Origin: the human T2T-CHM13v2.0 reference genome, Homo sapiens
Strand: one strand, 5' to 3'
NCBI RefSeq assembly: GCF_009914755.1
Contig: NC_060943.1
DNA: 64,000 bases
Shown here: positions 14,230 through 33,164 of the stretch, piece after piece
Numbering within the stretch: the stretch's first letter is position 1
How the letters are laid out: each line of letters begins with the position of its first letter
Position numbers and translations under genes: made by a program
Notes under the pieces: generated by a model
The model's database searches: none
What the model was told of the DNA's origin: nothing
The model's input: only the letters and a program-made list of their open reading frames with translations

Positions 14230-15068
14230 CTAGAGCGGAGTGTTGGGTGGAAACGGTGGCAGCGGGGGAGATGGGGAATGGACTGTAGGGGCCAGCGTGG
14301 ATGCAGGGAGCCCGGGAGGTCCAGGGGAGAGTGACAATGGCTCTGATCAGGGTGGCAGTGGAGACCAAGGGAGATGTGGATGTATTCAAGCCATATTCTG
14401 GGGTTTGAGCTGATGGAGCTGAGTGATGGGTTGGGGACAGTGAGGAGAGGGAGGCAGGGAACGGGTACCTTTTACCAGGTCGGGGAGCTCTGTGAGGTGG
14501 GGGCACAGCAGCCAGAGTGGGGATATCAGGAGATATTAGCTGTGCATCCTGGAGGTCCAGGGAGCGCCTGGGCTGAGGATATAACTTAGCGAGATGGAAT
14601 TTGAAGCTGTGGGAGTGGATGTGACTGCACAGATAGACAGCTGTGTCTAATGTAGTTCCTGCCACTGCCAGCTGGGAAGCCGGGGAGACCCGTGCTTGGG
14701 GTATCGCCGGAGGTTTATCACCCTATGAGGTCATGCAGGGAGAAGAGGATCCAGGACTAAATATGAGATTAACTTTAGAGGTTGGATGATGATGAGGATA
14801 ATGGTAGCTGCTATTTTATCGCGTGCTCTCCATGGGCCAGGCGCTGTTCAAAGTGCATCCTGTGGTTACACTCCCTTCCTCCCCATGCAGCCTTGTGAGG
14901 TGAGTCCTATCCTTAGCTTGATTTTACAGATAAGGAAACTGAGGTAGGGAGAGGTCAGGATTGCAAAAGGCTGAACTTGGATTCAGACTCCAGATTCCAC
15001 ACCCTTGCTGGCTCTAGCCTTGGAGAGTGGGAAGGACAGAATTAGGTCTGTAGAATCCAGGGCGCATG

Positions 15069-15360
15069 CAGCAGGGATGGCCTCATCCACAGGGGATGGG
15101 GGGAGGCCTCCTGAGGGCATGGCCTGTGGACTAACTCCTATACAGCAGGGATGGCCTCATCCACAGGGGATGGGGGAGGCCTCCTGAGGGCATGGCCTGT
15201 GGACTAACTCCTATACAGCAGGGATGGCCTCATCCACAGGGGATGGGGGGAGGCCTCCTGAGGGCATGGCCTGTGGACTAACTCCTATACAGCAGGGATG
15301 GCCTCATCCACAGGGGATGGGGGAGGCCTCCTGAGGGCATGGCCTGTGGACTAACTCCTA
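15069..15360 (+). repeat. Minisatellite, 4 copies of 73/74 bp
   Basis: Units start at 15069, 15143, 15216 and 15290; identical except for G6/G5 run length. Confidence 0.95.
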
Positions 15361-15914
15361 AAGGATGAATAAAGGCTTGCCAGGGAAGGAAGGGGTGAGA
15401 CTTGGGAGATATGTACCCAGAGGGAAAGAGAACCATTTAGAACCAGGTAGATCTGCTGGGGTCTGGAGCTGGATGCTGTCCCTTAGCTGTGTTACCCCAA
15501 GAAAGTTTCTTGCCCTCTCTGGGCATCAGTTTGGCCATCTTTGTGAATCAGCAGCCTCCCCAGCCACCCTCTCCCCATAAGACCAGCAAAAATGACACCA
15601 TCTGGCAGCATGAAGGCTGTAGGATAAAGGTGTGAGTGAGGATCCCCATGCACTTAGTGGGGCAGGTTCGCAGTATCTAAGGAGATACATCTGCTTCCAT
15701 ACAGCAATTCCACAACGAGGCGTCGAGAAATTCTCGCCCATGAGCCTAAGGACATGGGCACAAAGAGTTCACTGAAGCCATATTTGTGACAGCAAAACAC
15801 TGGGAGTAACCGAAATGCCCATCAACAGGAGCATAGATTAATACCCAGCTGTATATCCATGCAATCGAGTAGTACGTAGAGGTTCACAGAATGAGCCAGA
15901 GTTATGTGTATCTT

Positions 15915-17433
<1,519 letters not shown>

Positions 17434-18431
17434 CATTACCACTAATGGTTTTTCAGGTTTCCTAATGGGTATGGATATCTGGTAGGATTTTATAGCTACC
17501 CTTTTAAGGTGTCTAATAGAAATGGAAAGGTATTTGATTAAGAATGGTTAATAATACGAAGGCATGACGGAGGTGTCTGCTGTGCCTGGCATCAGGGTGA
17601 AATTTGACCCTTGTTCTATCAGCGTGCAGTGTCTTAGCAGGTAACGGAGCAAGGGATTTCTGTAATTGGGACCACTAGCCACAGAGCTTAAGGCGACATC
17701 GGTCAACTTGCCCAAGGTCTTGGACACTGCCCTTCTGCCTGGTTTTGGGTTTGGAATGAGAAAACATCCTAACGGGCTCAGTTGGGTAGGAAATGAAGAG
17801 GAAGGGAATTCGGGGTGGGGGCGGCAGCGTGGGCAGAGGCTGGGAGGTGTGAAAAGCCTGCGCGTTGTGGTTGTTCCCAGTGTTTTGCTGTCACAAATAT
17901 GGCTGCTATGAACTCCTTGTACTCATGAATCCCTGGGCTCATGGGTAAGGATTTCTCAGCACCTCCTTGTGGAATTGCTTGTGGAAGCAGGCATGTCTCC
18001 CTAAACACTGCAAACCTGCCCTCCTAATTCAAGGTCAGGGTCCAGCGTGAGCAGAGCATCGTGTAGGACGAGACGATGCTGGAGAAGCTGGCAGGGGCTG
18101 GTTATGAAGGAAGATGGTGTCTGTGGGCCGTGGGGACTCATGGAAGGGTTTAGGGTGGAAAGGGGCAGGTGTCTGCCAGTTTTTAAGAGGCCTCCAGGAT
18201 CAGTGTGGGGGGCCAGGGTCTCAGGGGAAGTTGGTTTGATGATTCGGATAGGCAATGAGTATGGAGTGTTTTGTTTGGGTGATGAAAGTGTTCTCAATTT
18301 TGATTGTGGCGATGGTCACGCAAGCTTGTGAGTGGGTAAACCCCCTCAGTTGCAATTTCAAGCTGATGAATTGCATGATACGTGACCTGTATCTCAAGGA
18401 AGCTGTTGTTGAGGCCGGGCACGGTGGCTCA

Positions 18432-18611
<180 letters not shown>

Positions 18612-18820
18612 TTATCATTCTATTCTCCCTAAATAAAATGGCATACATATATGTATATATATTATACATTTATGTGTTATATAAAATTGCTATTATATAG
18701 AGATTAAGTGCATTTGGCCAAAAAAAAAAAAAAAAAGGAAAAATAGTATTATAGAGATGTTCCAGGCAGTGAATTAATAAAGATGTTATGGTTTTTCCCC
18801 TGCTAGGGCAGGAGCCTTGA

Positions 18821-19057
<237 letters not shown>

Positions 19058-19366
19058 TGAGCTCCTGACCTCAAGTGATCTGCCTGCCTCAGCCTCCCAA
19101 AGTGCTGGGATTACAAGCTTGAGCCACGGCGCCAGGCCCAAATGCCCTTCATTTTATGTGCTAGTTTAGTGACCGTTTCCGTCGTTGGTAGCCAAAAACA
19201 TCCCAGCTGAATGGAGAAGGTCTCCACGAGGTCAGGTAGGGCTGCAGTGGCGGTGCAGTTGAGACGGGATGATGCCTGAACTGGGGCTGGCCCAGGAGGA
19301 GAGAGACGGGGAGTCAAACTCAAAGGGAAGTTGGAAGACTCAATCCTCTTCCCCATATCTCTCTAG

Positions 19367-19528
19367 GCAGCAAAGATGGTTACAAGCTTCCCTGGACGTG
19401 GGACACACCATCAGGAAGGGGCCTGGCTGAGGGGACCCCTACCGCAGGCAAACTAGGACCAACTCTTGGGGCTGGCACCACCAGGAGCCCAGGCAGTCCT
19501 CCAACTCCGAGAGTCCATGGAGACACAG
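19367..19528 (+). CDS. SSC5D: SSC5D penultimate exon GSKDGYKLPWTWD...VHGDT
   Basis: ctctctag acceptor, gtgaga donor at 19529; 162 nt, phase 1-1, open frame, similar to exon 7481-7648. Not in the ORF track in this frame. Confidence 0.88.
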
Positions 19529-19964
19529 GTGAGACACGTGGCTGGGGTGAGCAGACTGGGACGGTATTTGTCCTGGGGTAAAGAGACGGATTCCAGACTC
19601 CCCACTGGAACCCTTACCCCAGAAAGACTCAGCAGAAATATACCCTAAAACAAAGGGTTATCGGCTGAGCATGGTGGCTCATGCCTGTAATCACAGCACT
19701 TTGGGAGGCCGAGTTGGGAGGATTGCTTAAGCTCGGGAGTTTGAGAGCAGCCTGGGCAACATGGTGAGCCCCCCAAGATATGAACATTAGCTGGGTGTGG
19801 TGGTACGCACGTGTGGTCCCAGCTGCTTGGGAGGCTGAGGCAGGAGGATCCCTTGAGCCTGGGTGCTCGAGGCTGTGGTTGTGCCACTGTATTCCAGCCT
19901 GGGTGCCAGAGCGAGACCTTGTCTCAAATAAAGACAAAAACAGAACCAAGAGGTTATTATCTAG

Positions 19965-20190
19965 ACCGCTGGTCATCAACTAGGGTCGATTTTGCCCCCA
20001 AGGGGAATTTGGCAATATCTGAAGATATTTTGGATTGTCATGGCAGGAAGTGAGAGGCTACCCATTGGCACCTGATCGGTAGAGGCCGGGGTGGTGATAA
20101 ACATTCACAATGCACACGACATTCCCCATAACAAAGAACCACCCAGCCCTAAATTACAATAGTACCGAGGTTGAGAAACCCCAGCCTAGA
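19965..20190. mobile_element. MER20-like hAT DNA transposon
   Basis: gattttgcccccaaggggaatttggcaatatctgaagatattttgg...gaggttgagaaaccc; homologous to 515-720. Confidence 0.7.
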
Positions 20191-20297
20191 TGGCATAAGT
20201 CACTGTGACAAATAGGAAAATGATAGGAAACCCTAGATGAGAAAGAGGAAAACAGGTGATTCCCAGAAAAGGAAGCCCAAATGGCTGAGTGTATTTA

Positions 20298-21053
<756 letters not shown>

Positions 21054-21639
21054 TCAGATGAGTGAAATTGAGGCACAGACATCAGTGACTCTGACATCAA
21101 TAATTATTAGAGTGCTTATTCCATGCTAGACATTACACTAAGTGCTTTGCACAACCATGGTCTCCCTGAGTCCTTTTGACAGCTCTGCAAGGGAGATACG
21201 CGGATCATCCACAGTCTATAGCTGAGGAAGAAACTGAGATTCAAGCAGTGAAGTAACTTGGCCGTGGTCACCCCGCTAGGAAGCCATGCAGCTGGGGTTT
21301 AAACTCGGACAGCCTGCCTTGAGCACAAGCCCTTTACTTAACCGCTTCTCCAATCCTGCAAACAAAGGACAAGGTGGGGAAGGGATGCGCCTGAAAGACC
21401 CTGCCCTGCAGGAACAAGTGGAAATCTGTAGATCTGTGTGGTTCAATACGGTAGCTAAGAGCACCGGGCATGGTGGCTCACGCCTGAAATTCCAGCACTT
21501 TGGGAGGCTGAGGCAGGCAGATCACCTGAGGTCGGGGGTTCAAGACTAGCCTGAACAACATAGTGAAACCCCATCTCTACTAAAAATACAAAAAAATTAG
21601 CTGGGCATGGTGGCACATGCCTGTCATCCCAGCTACTCA

Positions 21640-21744
<105 letters not shown>

Positions 21745-21803
21745 TCAAAAAAAAAAAAAAAAAAAAAAGTTAAATGAATTAACACTTTGAAAATGAAACA
21801 TTT

Positions 21804-22150
<347 letters not shown>

Positions 22151-22567
22151 TCAAGGGCTTGGTAGCCACATGTGGCCAGTGGCTACTGTATTGGCACTGT
22201 AGATCACAGCGCATTCCCATCACTGCAGATGTGAGATTTCATTGCCTAGACTCTATGTGCAAACAACTTGGGTTCAAGTCTTAGCCCTGCAACTTGCAAA
22301 CTATGTCTGTGTGACCTTGGGCGAGTCACCTGCCCTCTTGCCCTAATTTCCCCCTTCTGTAAAATGGGGATAAAATTGGCACTCACTTGGAAGACAGCCC
22401 CAGAAGAGGGTCAGGCTCCTCCTGCTACTCAGGCCCAAAATTTAAGGGGGTGCCCAAAACGCCAAAATCAAGATACATAATATCATAATACAGTATTTTT
22501 TAAAATGAAAATTAATGCCAAAAAAAAAAAACCCATGATGAACTCGGTATCAAAAATGTAACTGAAG

Positions 22568-22903
<336 letters not shown>

Positions 22904-23199
22904 CTAATCCTGGCCCTGTTGGATCCCGTCTTTGGTTAAAATGTTAACTTTGGTTAACTGTGGATCTTTTGGATTAATTTTGATTGTTTAAAAATATTGC
23001 ATAAAAACGCTTGAGCCCAGGAGTTCGAGGTTACAGTGAGCTATGATCTTGCCACCGCACTCCAGCTTGGGCGACACAGCCAGACTTTATCTTAAAAAAT
23101 AAAAAAATCCATAAAAGTATTTATTTTGATTACTAACATTACCCTTCGGAGCCCTCTTTGGTCTCCCTGCCTCCCCTGGCTCCGCACATCTCCCAGTCC

Positions 23200-23574
23200 C
23201 CCGCTGGCTCAGAATCCTCCCGTATGCTGCACGCTTCTGAGCACTCCCGCCCCCTCCCGCACCCCAGCACCCCACGCATCCCTCCCTCACCTCACCCTCC
23301 TGCACCCGCTCCCGCAACCCGCGTGCCCCTCGGCATCCCCGAGTCCGGAGCATCCCCGCATCCTCCCGCAGTGGAGGACGCCAGGTGGCGCCTGGAGCCA
23401 TCGGAGGACGTAGGGAGGAGGGGCCCTAGGGCCGGGTGAAGTCTGCCGGTGACCCATGACGTCTCGAGGCTCTGTGCCTTTCCATTGGTCGGCTCCTCGA
23501 GGGGCGGGGCGGGACGCGTGGTGGGCGGAGCCGGTTGACCTCAGACCGTCCGTCTGTCTTTCCTCCTCCTCCAG
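23200..23574. promoter_or_regulatory. CpG-rich element directly upstream of the last SSC5D exon
   Basis: TGACGT 23457-23462, ATTGG 23484-23488, tandem GC boxes GGGGCGGGGCGGG 23501-23513, GGGCGG at about 23523. Confidence 0.5.
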
Positions 23575-25349
23575 GTTCCCCGAGGAAACCGTGGCCCGAG
23601 CGCCGGCCACCGCGGCCCGCTGCGACCAGGACAGCGCCCCCAACCCCGTCCCCAGGTCCCTCCGCCTCTCCGGGACCCCCAGGCCCAGCGCTGACCTCTG
23701 ACTCCAGTCGAGAGCTCACTCCCCACTCAGCCTTGACGTCCGAGGCGACCTCTGACGCTCCGGACACTTCACCACCCACCCCAGACCCGGCCTCCCGGAC
23801 GAACCCCGACCTCATCTTGACAAGCCCTGACTTTGCTTTGTCCACCCCTGACTCCAGTGTGGTTCCCGCGTTGACCCCGGAGCCCTCACCCACGCCCTTA
23901 CCCACCTTGCCCAAAGAGCTGACCTCTGACCCTTCTACACCGTCGGAGGTGACCAGCCTTTCCCCTACCTCAGAGCAGGTCCCAGAATCTGACACAACCC
24001 CAGATTTGGACACAACTCCATACTCCAGTACAGTCTCAGAATATTCTAGATCCCCAGACCCCTCCCCAAGCCCTCACCCCACTACTACCCCTGATCCCAC
24101 CATGGCCCCTGACCCCATCACAACCCTTAACCCTACTGTGACCCCTCACTTCCCTACCACCCCTCACCCCACCACGACCCCTCACCCCACCACCATCACT
24201 CACTCCACCATGATTCCTGACCCCACCACAACCCCTCAACCCTTCACCACCATCACTCACTCCACCATGATTCCTGACCCCACCACAACCCCTCAACCCT
24301 TCACCACCATGCAGCCCACCACAACCCCTCACTCCACAACCCCTCACCCCACCACGACCCCTCATCCCACCACCATCACTCACTCCACCATGATTCCTGA
24401 CCCCACCACAACCCCTCAACCCTTCACCACCATGCAGCCCACCACGATACCTCATCCCACCACGACCCCTCACCCCACCACGACTCCTCACCCCACCACA
24501 ACCCCTCACCCCACCACAACCCCTCACCCCACCATGACTCCTGACCCCACCACGACCCCTTACCCCACCACTACTCCTGATCCCACCACGACCCCTCACC
24601 CCACAACTCCTGACCCTTCCTCAACCCCTGTCATCACTACTGTGTCCCTTCCAACCTCCTTGGGGACAGAACTCTCCTCTCCCACTCTAGCACCAACAGT
24701 CAAGCCCAGTCTGCACCCCCAGTTGACCTTCACAGCACCTGCCCCTCACACCTCCACATCCCAGATACCCACCTTAGAGCCCTCTCCAGCCTTGGAGTCC
24801 AGCCCCTCCAGGTCCTCCACAGCCACAAGCATGGACCCACTGTCCACTGAGGACTTCAAGCCACCCAGAAGCCAGAGCCCCAACCTAACCCCTCCACCCA
24901 CCCATACCCCACACTCAGCCTCTGACCTTACTGTGTCCCCTGACCCCCTCCTTTCCCCCACAGCCCACCCCTTGGATCATCCTCCCCTTGACCCCCTCAC
25001 CCTAGGGCCAACTCCTGGTCAGAGCCCAGGCCCCCATGGTCCATGTGTGGCCCCAACACCACCTGTAAGGGTCATGGCTTGTGAGCCACCTGCCCTGGTG
25101 GAGCTGGTGGCTGCTGTGAGGGATGTGGGTGGTCAGCTGCAGAGACTGACCCAGGTCGTGGAACAGGAGCGGCAGGAGCGCCAAGCCCTGCTGCTGGGGC
25201 TGACGCAGCTGGTAGAAGCTGCCCGGGGTCTGGGGCAGCTGGGTGAGGCTGTGAAGAGACTGGCAGAGATGGCCTGGACCACCAGCATGCCTGCACCAAC
25301 CACCACTACCCCAGAGGAAGAAGAAAGACCCCTGAGGGGAGACGTGTGA
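23575..25349 (+). CDS. SSC5D: SSC5D terminal exon: mucin-like Pro/Thr/Ser domain, coiled-coil-like segment, C-terminal RGDV
   Basis: Strong acceptor tcctcctcctccag ends at 23574; in frame with ORF 23535..25349; TGA at 25347-25349. Confidence 0.95.
24060..24620 (+). repeat. Coding tandem repeat P-[H/D/Q]-P-T-T-T with higher-order duplications
   Basis: 18-nt units such as cctcaccccaccacgacc; ITHSTMIPDPTTTPQPFTT occurs three times; block at 24162 repeated at 24342. Confidence 0.85.
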
Positions 25350-25426
25350 CCCTCTCCAGGATTTGAGGGGCTTAAGACACCCCCAACCAAAAAAAACAAA
25401 AACAAAAAAAAACCCCAAAGTATCTA

Positions 25427-25432
25427 ATTAAA
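25427..25432 (+). terminator. Probable polyadenylation signal of full-length SSC5D
   Basis: ATTAAA about 80 nt after the stop, followed by GT/T-rich sequence. Confidence 0.6.
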
Positions 25433-25529
25433 AACAAGGTGTGAATGGTATTTTTGGGGAATCCTAGAAAGACAGAATCACAAGACTGATTTTGATATGT
25501 GAATAGCCCAGGTGCCATGCCAGGCGGTG

Positions 25530-26352
25530 TTGATGATGGAGATGATTATGAGGGTGGTGATGATGGTGATGATCGTGATGGTGATGGCGACGGAGATCAT
25601 GATAGGGTGATGATCATTGTGGTGAGGGTCATGGTGATAATGGTAAGATGGTGGTGGTGATGAAGATGGTGAAATAATGCTGATGATCATGAGGGAATGG
25701 TCATGGTGATGAGGCGGTGAACATGATGATGATGATTATCATGATGATGATGATGGTCCTGGTCATGAGGGAATGGTCATGGTGATGAGGCGGTGGACAT
25801 GATGATGATGATGATGGTGGTGGTGATGATGATGATTATCATGATGATGATGATGGTCCTGGTCATGAGGGAATGGTCATGGTGATGAGGCAATGACCAT
25901 CATGATGATAGTGGTGGTGGTGATGGTGGTAATTATGATGATGATGATGAAGATGGTGAAATGAAGGTGATGGTGATAGTGATGATTGTGAGGGAATGGT
26001 CATGGTGATGAGGCAGTGACCATCACGATGATGGTGGTGGTGGTGATGGTGATGATGGTGGTGCTGGTCATGAGGGAGTGGTCATGGTGATGAGGGAATG
26101 ATGGTAATGATGATGATGATGGTGGTGCCGGTGGTGATCATGGTGATGATGGTCACATTGATGGTGACGGTGATGGTGGTAGTGGAGGTGATAATGATGG
26201 TGTGAAAGGTGATCATGGTGGTGATGACTGTGAAGGAACAGTCTTGGTGATGAGGCAATGATGGTAATGATGGTGATGGTGATGATGTTGGTGATTATGG
26301 TGGTAAAGATGATCTTGGTGACGATCATAGTGATGGTCGTGACAATGATGAA
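25530..26352 (+). repeat. Degenerate (GAT/GGT)n trinucleotide tract
   Basis: About 820 bp of gatgatggtg with the recurring subunit atgagggaatggtcatggtgatgaggc. Confidence 0.9.
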
Positions 26353-28487
26353 GCTTCGTGTGAGCAAAAACGGCCTTGTTCATGGATGTAAGCCCAGTTT
26401 CTAGGACAGAAGCTGATGCAGAGTACACACTCAGTAATAAATATCTTTTGAATGAAAGAGTGCATCATCATCGTCATCATCATGACTAATATTTGTTGGG
26501 CGCTTCCTATGTGTCAGGCTCTGTTTTAAGAGCTTTGCATGGATGATGATGTCATTTTGTCTTAACGAGTGCCTGCTGAGGAAGGTAGTGTTACCACAGC
26601 TCAGCAGATGAGGAGGTGAGCTTTGCAGCCTGGATTCCTGAGTTTGAGTCCTTGCTGGGAGTAAACATAAGCCAGTTACTTAACCTCTGGGTCTGAGCTT
26701 CTCCAACTATAAAACAGGGATAATAATAGTACACATACCTCATGGGGTTGCTATAATGATTGAATAAGTTAATACCTAGGAGAGTGCTTATGATGGCTCT
26801 TGATAAGCGCCCGTCATGTGAGAGCAATTATTGTATTTATCCCCATTCTGCAGATCTGGGCTTCGAGGCACAGAGAGGTTTGGTCGTGCACCCCAGATCA
26901 CTCAGGGAACACGTGGTGGGCCATGCTTGGCACTCAGGGCCCTTGCTCTTAAAATAATATTTTGGCTGGCCATAGTGGCTCATGTCTGTAATCCCAGCAC
27001 TTTGGGAGGCCGAGATGGGAGGATGGCTTGAGGCCTGGAGTTCCAGACCAGAAATATAGTGAGACCCCCATCTTTATTAAAAAAGAAAGAAAGAAAGAAA
27101 ATATTCCACGGCTGTGTCAGACTGACCTGGGTTCAAGTCCTGGATTAACCGTGTCCCGGCTGTGGAACTCTGGCAGTTTCCCTCCCTTCTCTGAGCCTCA
27201 GTTTTTTCACCTGTAAAATGGGTAGAGCAATAGCACCTGCCTCATGGGGTTGTGAGGATTAAATGTGGCAGTGCAGATAAGGACAACGTGGCATGTAGGA
27301 TGTGCTCAGTTAATGACAGTGCTTGCGACCACGCCTGCCTGTACTTTTCTGTGCTAACGCTGCATGGACTGTTAATCCACGTACATCCAGTCCTCACCAC
27401 AGCCCTTTGAGGGAGAAACTTTGATCCCCGTTTCAGAAAGGACTCTGAGGCTCAGAGAGGGCAGGCCCGTTGCCAAAGGGCACACGGCAGAGCCAGGGAC
27501 TCAAACCCTGAATACTGTGATGTGAATTTCCGTGCTTTGACCATGGCCTGCGTTTCCAGATTGGGGCTTCCATGACTGCCCCACTCCAAGCGACCGTGGG
27601 TGGGCTCCTTCCCATCTCTGTGCCTCAGCTTGCTGGTTTGTAAATTGGGGGCCATCTCGGAAGACCCCACTACTCTGATTCTGGGTCCTGCAGCCTCAGG
27701 CAGGAAACCATTTCCTCCTCCTCCTCCTCTCTCGGCTTAGAGGTCGTGGAAGGTGATGAAGGCTGGCGCCCCCGCAGTCCTGCAAAGGCCAACAGGGTCC
27801 AGTTACTTGGGCGGGGGGGTGGCGGGGTGCGGATAACGTCTGGGGGTCCTGATAGATGGACGGTCTGCTCCTGCCAGCGGGCGAAGGAGCATGCTGAGAA
27901 TTCTGTTCCCCAGATCTCATTAAGCCCTGAGACTTAAATAACTGCTGACTGGTTCCCTGGAGAGGCTGAGGGGAGAGCTTCTGCCCTGGGAAGATGGGGG
28001 GTCACAGGGCAGCACCCCAACATGGAAGAAAACGGCTCCTTTTCCAGGTCCAGGTGGGAGCAGATGAACGCTGGCTCTGGGTCACCCCCCACCAAAAGTA
28101 ACAGAGGGCCCAGCCTGGGGTTCGGGCTCCCAGCCCCTCTCTGCAGGCCAGAGGTGGAGGGGGGGCTGTTGGGCACTCTGGCCTTAGGCCCCTCCGCCCC
28201 CTGCCACCTTCTGCCAGCTCTGTAGAAGGGAGTGCTTAATTACCCAGTCACTCTATCCCTGCTTGGCCAGGCACTTAAGCCCAAACATCTGGCCCCAGGG
28301 CCCACGGCCAGAATAGGTGGCCAGCCCCCGCCCAGTGCTGGCCCTGGCTCTGGACACCTCCCATGGGACAGCTGAGCTCGATCCTCTGCCTGCCAGCTTG
28401 CAACTAGCCCAAAACAGTAGCTGCATAGGCCCAGCAAGCTCAATTGACGCAGAAAAAAACATTTGATGAAATTCAACAGCCATTATG

Positions 28488-28489
<2 letters not shown>

Positions 28490-28534
<45 letters not shown>
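28490..28534 (+). repeat. (CA)n microsatellite, about 22 units
   Basis: Pure ca run. Confidence 0.95.
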
Positions 28535-28537
<3 letters not shown>

Positions 28538-28847
28538 CAAAGTTGGAGCAGAGAGGACTTCTTCATCAGATAAGGGGTACGAAGGAAGACACGTATCTTT
28601 GATTTTCCCTGGGCAATGGATGTGATCTCCTATGAGCGCTGACACAGGAGGCCCCGAAGAACGCAGCAGGTAAGCGGTTTGCGTGAGTGAGAGCTGGGCC
28701 CGATGCTGGATCCATACTCTAAAGTCATCTCACATTCCTTGCACCTCAAAATGTGACCCACGGGCCTGCAGCATTGGACTCATGTGGAAGCTGTTTACAA
28801 ACACGGAATCTCATGCTCTGCCTAGAGCCACCAAAGCAAATTCTGCC

Positions 28848-29652
<805 letters not shown>

Positions 29653-29664
29653 CATATGGTAGAC

Positions 29665-31280
<1,616 letters not shown>

Positions 31281-31281
31281 A

Positions 31282-31643
<362 letters not shown>

Positions 31644-33164
31644 CTAGTTGCCCAGGCTAGTCTCAAACTCCTGGCCTCAAGTGATCGTCCCACCTCAGCC
31701 TCCCAAAGTGCTGGGATTCAAGGCATGAGCCACCGCGCCCGCCCATGCTTTTATATTCTTTCACACACGTGCATGCTTTCTCATACAGTGTCTTGATCTC
31801 TCACACATAGTCTCATAATCTCACACTCATCCTTACACTCACATCTACACCTGTACTCAATCAAACGTTTATGTTCACCCCCACACATACAGCTCGCTCA
31901 CGCTCACAAGCTTACTCCCTCATGCACACTCACAATCACCCGCACACACACCCTCACCCCCACCCGCCCACTCACCCACACCCCCGTGCCCCCAAGCCCC
32001 TCCTCCCGCTGAGCACGGCAGGACATCCCTGCAGGTTAACAGCAGGGACCATGTGCTGGAGCCCAGCTGGGTTCGACTCCAGGCTTTGCCCCCCGGCCCG
32101 GTGTGTGGGCACGGCGGGAACCTGGCTGCCCCGTGCGTGAGATGGGCAGAGCCCAGGGACCCCCGCCACCATCTTGGGGACAGGTCGGGGAGCAGACGTG
32201 GCCTCTGAGATCCCTGGTTGGGGTTCAGCCTCCGGCCAGCACTAAGCATTACTTAATTAGTGTCGTCCCTGCCTGCCTGCCTGCCGGGGTCAGGCCATTC
32301 CTGGGAAGTTTATGTCCTCCCCTGTGCTTCACCCATGACAGGCTGGTCATTATCACCTTTCAGATAATCCTCAGCTGCCGCCAGCAATCAACACCTCGTG
32401 CCCCCCTGCCCCCTGCCCAGTCTCCACTCCCACCCAGCATGCTGCATCCCAGCCACCTCCAGCTTTTTGGGACACATTCTTGGCCTAACAGCTCAGGCTA
32501 TTTCAGATTCACAGATAAAGGGGCAGGAAGTCTTGATATATTCCACCCCCACCCCCCACCCCCCGCGTTGTTGACTCCCCTCTTCTCCCCAATGATCCCT
32601 ACTCCAGGAAGCTCACCCGGATTGTCCAGGTCAGAGGCCCCAACTCTATGGCTTGAACCTGGATTCGAAGGCTCCTTGGGGTCACTCCACAGGAGCACAC
32701 CTGCTGTCAGCCCCGCTCCAGGCAACACCTCGGTGGCCACAGCAGGCGCCCTGCGGGGTATGCAGGGGCCAGGGAGTGCGTGACACACGATCCAGCTCCG
32801 AGTTGTAGCCTTGCTCTGGGCCTGAGGCCAAGGAGGGCGCGGAGAGGAAGAGACAGTGTTTGCAAACAGGGCAGCTGCCAAGCAGGGGCGGGGGAGAGAG
32901 GAGGAAGGTGCGAAGGAGAGAAGGCCCAGGCGGCGCCCGCCCGCGGCGCCTGCGTGACCTTCCCACCCTGGCTACACATTGACAGGCATATGCGCGCACA
33001 CACACGGATCCGATGTCCACACATAGCGAGTCACATTCACTCCCCATACACACAAGTACGTCAGCACACACAAGCTCAGATGCTCATGCAGACACAGCAG
33101 GCACAAAGCTGTATTATCATCCACGTGCAGTGAGACACACAACGCCATCCTCCCTCCTTTCCAT

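Noticed and set aside
25478-26428. Poly-His/Ile/Thr ORFs on the - strand
   Set aside because: Translation of the (GAT/GGT)n tract.
28667-28676. Strong donor CAG|GTAAGC suggesting a lncRNA exon
   Set aside because: Isolated motif with no supportable partner exon or promoter.
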